Assembly (NCBI GenBank): GCA_051294905.1
Contig: CM119378.1
Location: 23,560,001 to 23,624,000 of the forward strand
Origin: Botryllus schlosseri
Lineage: Eukaryota
Length of the DNA: 64,000 bases
Direction of reading: 5' to 3'
Both the position numbers and the translations under genes were made by a program. A model generated the notes under the pieces. That model worked only from the letters and a program-made list of their open reading frames with translations, ran no database searches and was not told the DNA's origin. Every line of letters starts with the position of its first letter. Position 1 is the stretch's first letter. Shown here one piece after another: positions 63,887 through 64,000 of the stretch.

Positions 63887-64000
63887 GGCTGCTCTGGCAA
63901 CTACGAATACAATGCGTGCCGCCGAAACACACCATACTGCAGCTATACCAGCCATCCGCAAATCCGGGCCGAAAGAGCACTTCGTCAGTCCACCCCCACA

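Noticed and set aside
1-64000. Intact tRNA, 5S rRNA, snRNA or SL RNA genes; autonomous transposase or reverse-transcriptase ORFs
   Set aside because: None found by eye; tRNA-like segments lack full cloverleaves. An Infernal/tRNAscan and blastx run would be needed to exclude diverged copies.

Overview
This window is eukaryotic (animal) nuclear DNA, not prokaryotic: AT-rich, with GT-AG splice signals, microsatellites and many short non-autonomous transposons. The one clearly identifiable gene is an intronless FoxA/HNF3 forkhead transcription factor on the minus strand (53818-55446, 542 aa from the first ATG). Its N-terminus ([14 protein letters not shown]) resembles, from memory, ascidian FoxA.a proteins, so a tunicate source is my inference. 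The rest is non-coding DNA carrying several families of hAT-type MITEs (four with verifiable 8-bp target-site duplications), two foldback/palindromic elements, and two clear tRNA-derived SINE families plus two weaker tRNA-like heads. A few low-confidence spliced exon chains have no product I can name. Almost all short ORFs in the supplied track are noise (alternative start codons, antisense shadows, repeat-derived). I see no CRISPR array, rRNA, intact tRNA or autonomous transposase. I cannot support a new multi-gene system. The most unusual sequence-supported observation is a hAT MITE whose internal TIR is mutated and which appears to have moved, in two copies, together with 126 bp of captured flank using a cryptic non-TIR end.
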